Shown: piece after piece, positions 19,184-27,456 of the stretch | Position numbering within the stretch: position 1 is the stretch's first letter | Layout: each line of letters opens with the position of its first letter | Source of the DNA: Alkanindiges illinoisensis DSM 15370 | GTDB lineage: Bacteria; Pseudomonadota; Gammaproteobacteria; Pseudomonadales; Moraxellaceae | Length of the DNA stretch: 32,000 nt | Assembly: GCF_000619845.1 (NCBI RefSeq) | Contig: NZ_JHUX01000003.1 | Coordinates: 120,001-152,000 of the forward strand | Direction: 5' to 3' | Made by a program: the position numbers and the translations under genes | The notes under the pieces: model-generated | What the model was told of the DNA's origin: nothing | Seen by the model: only the letters and a program-made list of their open reading frames with translations | The model's database searches: none

Positions 19184-19335
19184 AAGATTAAGTCTCCGCG
19201 TAGGGGGCAGATTATAGCGCGAATAAACGAAACGACTATGGTATTTCTCAGATAAAATGCTTATGTTTGGCAAATCAAAGGCAAAATATTGCAAAACAGG
19301 CCTGTTTCCTGGCACTGCCAGAGGGTAATTCAAAA

Positions 19336-20607
19336 ATGCAAGACCCCGTATTAAAAAGAATATTTATACTCACCGCACTGGTGCTGGGTGGCTGGGTGAT
19401 TTACCTGTTAATGCCAGTTATTGCCCCCTTTATTGCGGCATTCTTTCTGGCCTATCTGATTAATCCACTGGTCGCGCGTATGGCCAAATACAACATGCCG
19501 CGCTGGTTAACGATTAGCATTGTTTTTCTTGGTATTATTGTTGGGGTAGGGATTGGGACATGGTATCTGGCGCCTATGCTGTGGCAGCAGTTACGCTATG
19601 CACTGGACAATATTCCTGCTGCCATTAACTGGGTGAACAATAATGCCCTGCCATGGCTGGAAAACAACTTTAATCTTGATCTGGAACGCATCAATACCGA
19701 TGAGCTGTCGGCAGCCATTATGGAGTATGTGCAAACCAATTACAGCGCCAATAGCGTGCAGCAAATGGTTTACCGTATTGCCCAATCCGGTCTCAACATT
19801 ATTCATGTCGGCGGCTTGCTGGTACTGATTCCAATTATTGCTTTTTATTTCCTGCTGGACTGGAACAGCATGATCCGTCGGCTGCAATTGCTAATTCCGC
19901 GTCACTATGAGCCAACCGTGGTACAAATCACGCGTGAATGCCATGCGGTACTGGGAGCCTTTGTTAAAGGCCAGTTGCTGGTGATGCTATTGCTGGGTAT
20001 CGTTTATGCTGTGGGCCTTCAGTTAATTGGCGTTGAAGTTGGCCTGATCATTGGTCTGGTTGCAGGCCTGTGTAGTATTATTCCTTATCTGGGTTTTGCT
20101 ATCGGTATTATTGCTGCTTTTGCGGCTTCATTATTACAGTATGGACTGGATTGGGTTCAGCTATTACTGGTACTGGTGGTATTCATGATTGGCCAGGCAA
20201 TTGAAGGCTATGTGTTACAGCCATTCTTGCTGGGTGATAAAATTGGCCTGTCGCCTGTTGCAGTGGTCTTTGCCGTTTTGGCAGGTGCCCAGCTTTACGG
20301 TTTCGTGGGCATGCTGGTAGCGTTGCCAGTGGCAGCTGTTTTGGTGGTGTTATTACGACATGCTTACCATACTTATGAAAGAAGCGTATTTTATATGGGG
20401 TATCGCCAGCCTGCCAGTGTAAAGGTTCCAGCCAGCAGCAGTGAACTGTCTGAAACCAGTATCACTGAGCAAGACGTGGAAACTCACCTGACATTGCAGG
20501 ATGATGCACCCGAACTGGGTTTGCATAGCCCCGTATTAGAGCATCCAGCCAATTATTCAAACTCCCCATTAAACCATTCATCAAAGCATGGAAATAACGG
20601 TTCATAA
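19336..20607 (+). CDS. AI-2E family transporter (PerM/YhhT-like permease) with a long hydrophilic C-terminal tail
   Basis: It is a polytopic membrane protein of the usual size and topology. I moved the start to the ATG at 19336, which follows GAGGG. The stop overlaps the hda start (TAATG). Confidence 0.75.
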   Translation: MQDPVLKRIFILTALVLGGWVIYLLMPVIAPFIAAFFLAYLINPLVARMAKYNMPRWLTISIVFLGIIVGVGIGTWYLAPMLWQQLRYALDNIPAAINWVNNNALPWLENNFNLDLERINTDELSAAIMEYVQTNYSANSVQQMVYRIAQSGLNIIHVGGLLVLIPIIAFYFLLDWNSMIRRLQLLIPRHYEPTVVQITRECHAVLGAFVKGQLLVMLLLGIVYAVGLQLIGVEVGLIIGLVAGLCSIIPYLGFAIGIIAAFAASLLQYGLDWVQLLLVLVVFMIGQAIEGYVLQPFLLGDKIGLSPVAVVFAVLAGAQLYGFVGMLVALPVAAVLVVLLRHAYHTYERSVFYMGYRQPASVKVPASSSELSETSITEQDVETHLTLQDDAPELGLHSPVLEHPANYSNSPLNHSSKHGNNGS

Positions 20608-21320
20608 TGCGGCAAATCAGTTTAAATATCGAACCTCATCTTGATGCCCAGATCAGTGATTTTGAAGGGCCGGGCTGGAAGCCAGTCATCGATACCGCCC
20701 GGCAAATGCATTTAGGTCTACTTAATCGATTTTATTTATATGGCGAAGCGGGGACTGGGAAGTCCCATGTACTTACTGCCATTTGTGAGTCCTATCTGGA
20801 TATGCAGCGTAGTGCCATCAAGGTATCCCTGCTGGATTTACTGGATGCACCCATTGATGCCATTACCTCACTGGAAAATTATGACCTCGTTGCGCTGGAT
20901 GACATTGAAACCATTAGCGGTGTGATTCACTGGCAGCGTGCCATTTTTCATTTGATCAATTCCAGTGGAGAAGGGGGTGGTCAGCTTATCTTTTCATCAC
21001 GCTTGGCACCTACCGAACTCAGGTTTGAATTGCCTGATTTACAGTCACGTCTGACACAAGCTGTTAGTCTTAAAGTACCTGACGGCAGCAATGTTGCAGA
21101 CCGCAAGGCACTGGTTGAAGCCGTATTAAAACGTCGAGGCCTGATTTTTGATGGGCAAATTATTGATTATTTAATTCATCATGGGCCACATAAATCCGCT
21201 GTATTGCTAAAAACAATTGAGCAACTGGATGCGCTGCTACATGGTGATCGTCGCAAGCTTGCCAATAGCACCCGCAGGCAAATTTATGCCTTAATTGATG
21301 AGTACAATAAAACCGTCTGA
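20607..21320 (+). CDS. hda: DnaA regulatory inactivator Hda
   Basis: It is a short AAA+ protein with Walker A GEAGTGKSH and Walker B LVALDDIE. The N-terminal QISLNI resembles the clamp-binding QL[SD]L motif. It is 237 aa long. Confidence 0.85.
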   Translation: MRQISLNIEPHLDAQISDFEGPGWKPVIDTARQMHLGLLNRFYLYGEAGTGKSHVLTAICESYLDMQRSAIKVSLLDLLDAPIDAITSLENYDLVALDDIETISGVIHWQRAIFHLINSSGEGGGQLIFSSRLAPTELRFELPDLQSRLTQAVSLKVPDGSNVADRKALVEAVLKRRGLIFDGQIIDYLIHHGPHKSAVLLKTIEQLDALLHGDRRKLANSTRRQIYALIDEYNKTV

Positions 21321-21457
21321 AACTAAAAGGGACATTAATAAAAAGCTTGTCTGTTCGCCGCTGGTGTGCCAAAGTATCGTACCGCCAAGGAGATACACTG
21401 ATTACTTAGTGTTCACATGGCTGTAAAAATAATAACGCTCGAGAAGGAGTCGCGTTT

Positions 21458-23362
21458 ATGCTCAAGCGCACAATTGGCCTGGGTCTTCTGTGCATGGCTA
21501 GTCATGCTTACAGTGCAAACATTGTGGTAAACACCACAGAAGATGAGTTTGATGAAAAAACTCCCAATAGCATGTGTTCATTGCGTGAAGCCATTGAACT
21601 TATCAATCGTACAGACGCGAATGGTAAAATTCCAGAAGCAGGCTTTGGCGGCTGTAGTGGTAAAGATGCCAGCTCTTCAATTGTGCTTGAAACCGGCAAA
21701 ACCTATATTCTCAATAAAGAAGTTGCTATCACAAAACCCTTAAGCATTAATGTACTGGATGAGGCAGGCGATAGCACTAAATATAGTGGTGAAAATAACG
21801 CGATCATTAAGGCAAAAGGTGCCCATCGACTCTTTAATATTGATGATAAAAGTACAAGTATTGCTAATATTGGTGTTCTTATTAGTCAGGTTGATCTAGT
21901 GGGATGCGGAGCAGATGATGCCTCTGCTACTTGTGCACCTATTGGTGGACTGATCTTTAACCGTGAAAACCTGAGTCTTAGCTTTTCGCGATTAAAAAAT
22001 GGGATAGCAGATACCAATGGTGGTGCTATTTATAATGAAGGAATTGGAACAGGTACAAATGCGAGCCTAGCAGCAGGTCTTTTAACCTTAACGAATGTTC
22101 TATTTGAAGACAATCAAGCAGTTCAAGGCGCAGCAATTTATAGCGTTCAGCCACGTTATGAAATAGTAGGTTCAGTATTCCGTAATAATAAAGCTACAGG
22201 TACTCAGGAAGAAAATCCTGGAACGATTATATTTGTAAACCGGGCTGGTGATGCCACGACAACCAATGGAACATCATCCACAGCGCGTACCGGGAATATT
22301 CGCAGCTCTACATTTTTTGACAATAAAGGGCGTGTAGCCAATTTGCTTGATGGCATGGTCATCAATAGCAGCACTATTATTAAAAATACGGCTGGCATTT
22401 ATTTAAACTCGGCAACTGGCTCGGCAAACCTGTCCAATAGTATTGTGGCTGGTAATGGAAACGACTGCATTATTGCTTCAGGAAATAAGGCTGTAACAAA
22501 TAATCTTGTTTATAACAATGGCTGTGGAGAGGGAGAGGTAGGTAACCGCAATACCAACCTGAATAATCTAACGACCCCTATCCAGCTAATTGCCAATAGT
22601 GGAATTAACGGTAAGCTTGAAGGAAAATGTGACCAGCCGCCTGCTGTAGGTTTGTTATGTCCATTTGCTACCGAAAAAGAAATTTTTAATGGCTTTTTTA
22701 AGCCTCGCTTACTCACTCAATATAGTTCTATTCTGGATTCTCCGATTGTTAATCGGGGAAGTAAGCTCATTGGTAATAAGAATGCTACTAAGGAAACTGT
22801 TACCTGTGAAAGTACAGATCAACGTGGTAGAACTCGTGAAACCACCGTACTTTGTGATGTTGGTGCCATAGAGCTACTTATTGAAGATCAAGGTAAAATT
22901 GGTCAGGATATTAAATATGATCAGATTGCTGAAATTGACTTAACGGATTTTCTGGGTGATGGACAGCTTTGGCCAAAAGATAAGTGTAATGATGTGTTTA
23001 AGGATTTGCCTAATCCACCTGTGAATAGCAATTGGCAACCAGGTTGCCTACAATTTGTAGAAGGAAAAGAGGCCAAAAAAGGCAGTTTGATTCTGGACGA
23101 AAATGCTTTACTAAAATATACGTCGTTTAAAAATTTTCATGGCAGTGATGATTTCTCGATTAAAGTCGTGACTACGACCAGTCGTTTTTCAGAAGGGGTC
23201 AATGACCGCAGTATTACTTTGCGGGGCACAGTAGTACAGGAACCTGATAATAATTTCGAAAATAAATCAGTTAAAACTTCAGGTGGCAGTACAGGGGTTA
23301 TAAGCTTGGTAGGACTACTAAGCCTGATATGGATGCGTCGTCGTTTACAGGGAGTAAAATAA
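21458..23362 (+). CDS. Secreted beta-helix repeat protein with CSLREA motif and GlyGly-CTERM sorting tail (paralogue 1)
   Basis: - GAAGGAG lies upstream of the ATG.
- Sec signal peptide ending AYS|AN.
- CSLREA at nt 21575-21592.
- GGAI/FxxN-type repeats (NGGAIYNEG, QGAAIYSV, FEDNQA, FRNNKA, FFDNKG).
- CESTDQRGRTRETTVLCDVGAIE block.
- C-terminal SGGSTGVISLVGLLSLIWMRRRLQGVK: a Gly-rich stretch, then a TM helix, then a basic cluster. Confidence 0.8.
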   Translation: MLKRTIGLGLLCMASHAYSANIVVNTTEDEFDEKTPNSMCSLREAIELINRTDANGKIPEAGFGGCSGKDASSSIVLETGKTYILNKEVAITKPLSINVLDEAGDSTKYSGENNAIIKAKGAHRLFNIDDKSTSIANIGVLISQVDLVGCGADDASATCAPIGGLIFNRENLSLSFSRLKNGIADTNGGAIYNEGIGTGTNASLAAGLLTLTNVLFEDNQAVQGAAIYSVQPRYEIVGSVFRNNKATGTQEENPGTIIFVNRAGDATTTNGTSSTARTGNIRSSTFFDNKGRVANLLDGMVINSSTIIKNTAGIYLNSATGSANLSNSIVAGNGNDCIIASGNKAVTNNLVYNNGCGEGEVGNRNTNLNNLTTPIQLIANSGINGKLEGKCDQPPAVGLLCPFATEKEIFNGFFKPRLLTQYSSILDSPIVNRGSKLIGNKNATKETVTCESTDQRGRTRETTVLCDVGAIELLIEDQGKIGQDIKYDQIAEIDLTDFLGDGQLWPKDKCNDVFKDLPNPPVNSNWQPGCLQFVEGKEAKKGSLILDENALLKYTSFKNFHGSDDFSIKVVTTTSRFSEGVNDRSITLRGTVVQEPDNNFENKSVKTSGGSTGVISLVGLLSLIWMRRRLQGVK

Positions 23363-25875
23363 TGTATCGCAAGTCGTTATTAGCACTTGTTGTTCTGGCT
23401 GCATTACCTGTGACAGCGGCTACAGATCGAACGCTATATGTCAGCACCTTTGAGGATGAGGATGGTGAAAATGCCAATGCCTGTTCATTGCGTGAAGCCA
23501 TTCAGGCTGCTACAACCAACCGTGCCTATGGTGGTTGTATTGCAGGACAATTAGACCTGCCGGATCAACTTCAGTTAAAGGCTGGTACTTATAATTTAAA
23601 GAAACCATTAGTTATTGGTTCTAACATGGCTATAACTGGCGGCGATGCGGCCAATTTTGAAAAAGAAGATCCCTATATTAAGGATGTATCACGATATCCT
23701 GCACGGAGTAAGCTGGAAACTACTATTCAACCTGCTGATGGCTTAGCATTTACCTTATTTGATAGCACGACTTCACGTAGTGCTTTAGATTTAAATAAAG
23801 TCATTTTAAAGAATGGTAAAAGTAGCCGCGGTGGAGCTATCAGGGCTGGAGGTACTATTAACTTAAGTCGTGTACGTATTTCAAATTCCAGTGCAACTGA
23901 TGTGGGTGGTGCAATTTACCTTGAAGGCAGTAGCGCCAATTTATCTGTAAAGGATAGTTTATTTGATAGTAATACAGCAAACCGGGGTGCTGTAATTGGC
24001 ATGTCCTGCCTTGATAATGTTGCATTAACACAACATTCAATTAAGCTTGAACGTACCAGTATATATGGTAATGGTTCTAGTAATACGCAAAGTATTATTG
24101 ATTATTGCGGCACTGTGGTCAGTACGATTACTGCTTCAACTATTGCCAAAAATCAATCCAGTAGCAATATTATAAAATATGTGCATAGCAATAGTTATCC
24201 CTTACATCCAAGCAGTACTCTGGACTTTATAAGCGATACCATTGTAGAAAATAGTGGGACAGCGACATTGTATTATGACAATGTCGGTAAGTTAAGCTTG
24301 GCTGGTAGCGTTATTGCTTATAATAGTATCAATACTGGTAAAAGCTGTAGTTATGCCTTAGGAGCGAAAGCTGCTGCCAAATTGGAAAGCAGCCAGGTTG
24401 TAGCTACTTATAATGCATTAACCAAACCGGGTACTGCACGTAATAATGTTGGAGAATGTGATTTACCAGGTCATCTTTATAAGACAACTGAAAATTCAAG
24501 TGGAGCGAATGAAACATTAAGAGATTTGATGCCTGATTCCTTATCACGGGTACTGGCGCCATTGTACCTTGATAATGATATGCAAGTGCTTGAGTCCGAA
24601 CAGGGGTTGTTTCCTGCTTATATCCCTTTAATTACTGCCAGTGCCAGTGAAACCTTAATTGATCAGGGCTTAGGAAGTTGTAGTCCGACAGATCAACGGG
24701 GATTGCAAAGAATTGATACTTCTTCAGGTAACACCGCTACAACTACTGTAAATATTTGTGATGTTGGTGCTATTGAGGTAAGTAAACTCACTGCAGCGGA
24801 TTTACCGGGAATTAGTAATAGTTCATTAGTTACACCAATTACGCAATACGAAGATAATATTGAGTATTATGAAGACATTTATAATGACAAAACGCTTGAT
24901 AGCAAACTGGTAAATCGTTATAAAAAACTGATTAATAATGAGAAAAAAGAACTCGAAGCTTTTAAAAAGAGTCGTGCCTATCGTCAGGCCTATGCTAACG
25001 TGCTTGATAGCAGTACCGAGGATGAGCAGTTTATTTCTACTTCTAATGGTCTAAATACTGAGATTAAAAAATTTGGTGATGACTTTGACAAAAACTATAA
25101 TATTACTGTTACTGTAGTTGGTCGAGGCTCTGATCAGTTTATTGAGTCAAAGGATTCTAAAGATATTAATATTAAAGCAAAAGATAGTAATATTGTCTGT
25201 AGCTGGGATAAGGATTTAAAACAGGTATTAATTCGCCGTACAGACAATAGTGGACTATTGGCTGCAACTACACCCGCTGGAGAATATGAATATTGCAAAT
25301 ATACAATTACCTCTAAGATTAATCCTGTGATCAAATCTGAAGGTTATGTGCAAGCGCGCATTGTCAATATCGCGCCTATTGCCGAAGATGATGAATATAA
25401 ACTGGTGTATGGTTCTAGTCAGCCTATTAAGTTAGATATTCTTAAAAATGACTCGGATGAAGGTGATGGCACTGCCGATATGGCAGGTTATCCGAAGGGC
25501 TATCCTAGCTTTTATCAGGATCCTATAAATAAAAGTTATGCCAATATTAAACTGGTGACTAAACCAACTTTAGGCAAATTAAACTTTGAATATGAACAGC
25601 CTTGTCCAGACAATTCAAACACCCGTCCTGAAGAAACATGTTATGGTGGAAAAATTACCTATACACCAAACAGTACCTTCTCTACATTCAATGATTCATT
25701 CACCTATAAAGTACTTGATCAGGATAAAGCTGAATCCAAAGAGGCAACTGTAAAAATTATTAATACCGCAACGACCTCAGATGATACCCGAGGAAGTGGT
25801 GGCGGTGGAGCCATTGGAGTATTTGGTTTATTAGGACTGGCCAGCCTGATATGGATACGTCGCAAGATAAGTTAA
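23362..25875 (+). CDS. Secreted beta-helix repeat protein with CSLREA motif, cadherin/Big_9-like domain and GlyGly-CTERM sorting tail (paralogue 2)
   Basis: - The ATG shares one base with the upstream TAA (TAATG), and GGGAG lies just upstream.
- Signal peptide ending VTA|AT.
- CSLREA at nt 23482-23499.
- RGGAIRAGG, VGGAIYLEG and LFDSNTA repeats.
- CSPTDQRGLQR...CDVGAIE block.
- PIAEDDEY...LKNDSDEGDG...ITYTPN...DSFTYKVLD domain (about 25362-25770).
- C-terminal SGGGGAIGVFGLLGLASLIWIRRKIS. Confidence 0.8.
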   Translation: MYRKSLLALVVLAALPVTAATDRTLYVSTFEDEDGENANACSLREAIQAATTNRAYGGCIAGQLDLPDQLQLKAGTYNLKKPLVIGSNMAITGGDAANFEKEDPYIKDVSRYPARSKLETTIQPADGLAFTLFDSTTSRSALDLNKVILKNGKSSRGGAIRAGGTINLSRVRISNSSATDVGGAIYLEGSSANLSVKDSLFDSNTANRGAVIGMSCLDNVALTQHSIKLERTSIYGNGSSNTQSIIDYCGTVVSTITASTIAKNQSSSNIIKYVHSNSYPLHPSSTLDFISDTIVENSGTATLYYDNVGKLSLAGSVIAYNSINTGKSCSYALGAKAAAKLESSQVVATYNALTKPGTARNNVGECDLPGHLYKTTENSSGANETLRDLMPDSLSRVLAPLYLDNDMQVLESEQGLFPAYIPLITASASETLIDQGLGSCSPTDQRGLQRIDTSSGNTATTTVNICDVGAIEVSKLTAADLPGISNSSLVTPITQYEDNIEYYEDIYNDKTLDSKLVNRYKKLINNEKKELEAFKKSRAYRQAYANVLDSSTEDEQFISTSNGLNTEIKKFGDDFDKNYNITVTVVGRGSDQFIESKDSKDINIKAKDSNIVCSWDKDLKQVLIRRTDNSGLLAATTPAGEYEYCKYTITSKINPVIKSEGYVQARIVNIAPIAEDDEYKLVYGSSQPIKLDILKNDSDEGDGTADMAGYPKGYPSFYQDPINKSYANIKLVTKPTLGKLNFEYEQPCPDNSNTRPEETCYGGKITYTPNSTFSTFNDSFTYKVLDQDKAESKEATVKIINTATTSDDTRGSGGGGAIGVFGLLGLASLIWIRRKIS

Positions 25876-25892
25876 TAAAGTTTGTCTAAAAT

Positions 25893-25920
25893 AAAAGCCC
25901 ATCAGATTGATGGGCTTTTT
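25893..25920. terminator. Bidirectional rho-independent terminator between the convergent beta-helix pair and the ECF sigma operon
   Basis: The sequence is aaaaGCCCATCAgatTGATGGGCttttt. It has a perfect 8-bp GC-rich stem (25897-25904 / 25908-25915) and a 3-nt loop. An A-run upstream and a T-run downstream allow it to work on both strands. Confidence 0.8.
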
Positions 25921-25943
25921 GTTCTTTATACTTTCATAAATGA

Positions 25944-26336
25944 TTAATCATATTTTTGCATGATTTTTTCACGTAATTCTTCACGCTGCTCAGGGGATGA
26001 AGCTGTTTTAAGCTGGGCTTTCCAGTGTTCGCGTTCACTATCGCTCATGTTTTGCCAGACTTCGCGCATCCGTTGCTGCTGATCTTTAGGTAGCTGGCTA
26101 AACCATTCCATACGCTGCTGCAAATCCTGCCGATCCTTGTCATCCAGTTGCCGTAAGGCCTGATAGGATTTTAACAATTCAGCACGTTCTTCAGGAGTAA
26201 GTTTTTGCCAACTCGCTGGCATTGAGCTGTTAACCAGTGCATCTGGTTTTTTTACTGGGCTAGCGGCCATTGCAGACGCTAGGGAAAAATCCAGAACCAG
26301 CACTGCCAAAACAATAGGAGTGAATTTAGCTGCCAT
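25944..26336 (-). CDS. Periplasmic helical-repeat protein, DUF3106-like
   Basis: I moved the start to the ATG at 26336 (MAAKFTPIVLAVLVLDFSLASAMA, a signal peptide). The body is built of repeated W..L.PEER / PKDQQQR / SDSERE / SPEQRE helical motifs. It is the last gene of the ECF sigma operon and overlaps the upstream gene by 11 nt. Confidence 0.65.
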   Translation of the reverse strand: MAAKFTPIVLAVLVLDFSLASAMAASPVKKPDALVNSSMPASWQKLTPEERAELLKSYQALRQLDDKDRQDLQQRMEWFSQLPKDQQQRMREVWQNMSDSEREHWKAQLKTASSPEQREELREKIMQKYD

Positions 26337-26652
26337 ATTTTTTGGTTTCCGTACCCAGCAGACTGAGCATTTCCAAATCTTCAATCATTTGTGGTGAAAG
26401 TTTGGCAGTACTCACAGTTTGTGGTTCAACATTGGGTTGATGCGATAACAAGGTAGGCGCAAGGCTAATTCCTGTAATAGCAGCCGCCAGGGCAAAACCA
26501 CTCATGGCCCAGATGTGTCGCTTTGCCACCGGACGCCGCTGTATAGTGCCCATGACATGCTCTAGCACCTGATTGGTTTCAGGATGGTGACGGGCCTGCT
26601 TTTCCAGTGTTTGGACAATTTTATGAATAAATGGATCATGGGGAGTCATCAT
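26326..26652 (-). CDS. Putative single-pass membrane anti-sigma factor (DUF3619-like)
   Basis: 108 aa with one central TM helix (IWAMSGFALAAAITGISLAPTLL). It starts 13 nt after the ECF sigma stop with GAGGA upstream. The assignment rests on position and topology, not on a specific motif. Confidence 0.55.
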   Translation of the reverse strand: MMTPHDPFIHKIVQTLEKQARHHPETNQVLEHVMGTIQRRPVAKRHIWAMSGFALAAAITGISLAPTLLSHQPNVEPQTVSTAKLSPQMIEDLEMLSLLGTETKKYGS

Positions 26653-26665
26653 TATGTCCTCATGG

Positions 26666-27289
26666 TTATTCGGGATTGAATTGTGAAAGATGAAGGCGCA
26701 AGGTTTGTATTGCGCGGTAATAATGGGTTTTTACACTACCTTCGCTACAATCCATGATATTTGCCGTGGTCTTGGTGTCCATATTTTCCCAGGCCCGTAA
26801 CAAAAAAGCCTGCTGCTGGCGCAAGGGAAGACGTGAAATTGCTTTTTGAATTTCCTGTAAGGTAAATTCCTGATTGAGAAATTCTGCCGGGTTAATATTC
26901 TGCTCATCTTCAATCAGTAAACTGGAATCCAGTTCCTGGTCATCCTCTATAACACTGGGTCTTAGCCATGCAAACCGCTTTTGTTTGCGGGTTTCCTGTC
27001 TACGCCAATCCATTAAGCGGTTATTTAAAATGGTATAAAACAGCGGTGTCCATTCTGAAGCCGGGCGTTTGGCATAGTGCTGATGTAGCGCGATAAAACT
27101 TTCCTGAACCAGATCACGGGCAACATCATGGTGACCAGTCGCAGATTCCATCATGATCAGCGCACGACCACTAACCTGCTTAATGAATACACTTAAACGC
27201 TGCTCAATACTCTCAGTCGAGTCAACAGTAGAGGCATGTACATCGGACTTTGGAAAAGAATCCATGAGTATGGAGTATCCCGTCACCAT
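26666..27289 (-). CDS. ECF-type RNA polymerase sigma-70 family factor
   Basis: It has a region 2 (DLVQESFIALHQHY...FYTILNNRLMDWRR) and a region 4 HTH (QQAFLLRAWENMDTKTTANIMDCSEGSVKTHYYRAIQTLR). GGAG lies 5 nt upstream of the ATG at 27289. Confidence 0.85.
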   Translation of the reverse strand: MVTGYSILMDSFPKSDVHASTVDSTESIEQRLSVFIKQVSGRALIMMESATGHHDVARDLVQESFIALHQHYAKRPASEWTPLFYTILNNRLMDWRRQETRKQKRFAWLRPSVIEDDQELDSSLLIEDEQNINPAEFLNQEFTLQEIQKAISRLPLRQQQAFLLRAWENMDTKTTANIMDCSEGSVKTHYYRAIQTLRLHLSQFNPE

Positions 27290-27338
27290 ATGTGCTCCAT
27301 CGTTTGCCGGAATATAAATACAATTCTATGTATCTATA

Positions 27339-27364
27339 ACGTCCAAGCGCGATAGTGCGTTGAC
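27339..27364 (-). promoter_or_regulatory. Candidate ECF-type autoregulatory promoter upstream of the ECF sigma gene
   Basis: The minus strand reads GTCAAC-N17-CGT, with the CGT about 50 nt upstream of the ATG at 27289. Only the generic AAC / CGT core of ECF promoters matches. Confidence 0.3.
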
Positions 27365-27456
27365 ATCAAACCAAGTTAAATTTAAAAATTTTGACTCAAA
27401 AAAGTTTAAACAAAATGGAGGTGAATGTCTAAAGACATCTGTAAGTATGCTTGTGG

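Noticed and set aside
19184-19333. N-terminal extensions in the ORF track for purM. The same applies to fbp (29384-29518), the crotonase (9377-9469), the first ACAD (11759-11809), the second beta-helix protein (23329-23361), the DUF3106-like gene (26337-26384) and the methyltransferase (28246-28332).
   Set aside because: In most cases an internal ATG with an upstream Shine-Dalgarno-like sequence coincides with where the family-typical N-terminus begins. For the methyltransferase and the DUF3106-like gene the SD is absent or weak, and the call rests on the N-terminus alone. The extensions overlap neighbouring genes or intergenic promoters and have no homologous counterpart.
21321-21457. The idea that the beta-helix pair is driven by the neighbouring ECF sigma factor.
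   Set aside because: I looked for an AAC-N16/17-CGT arrangement upstream of 21458 like the one upstream of the sigma gene and found none. The two units are convergent, not divergent. Adjacency alone is not evidence of co-regulation.
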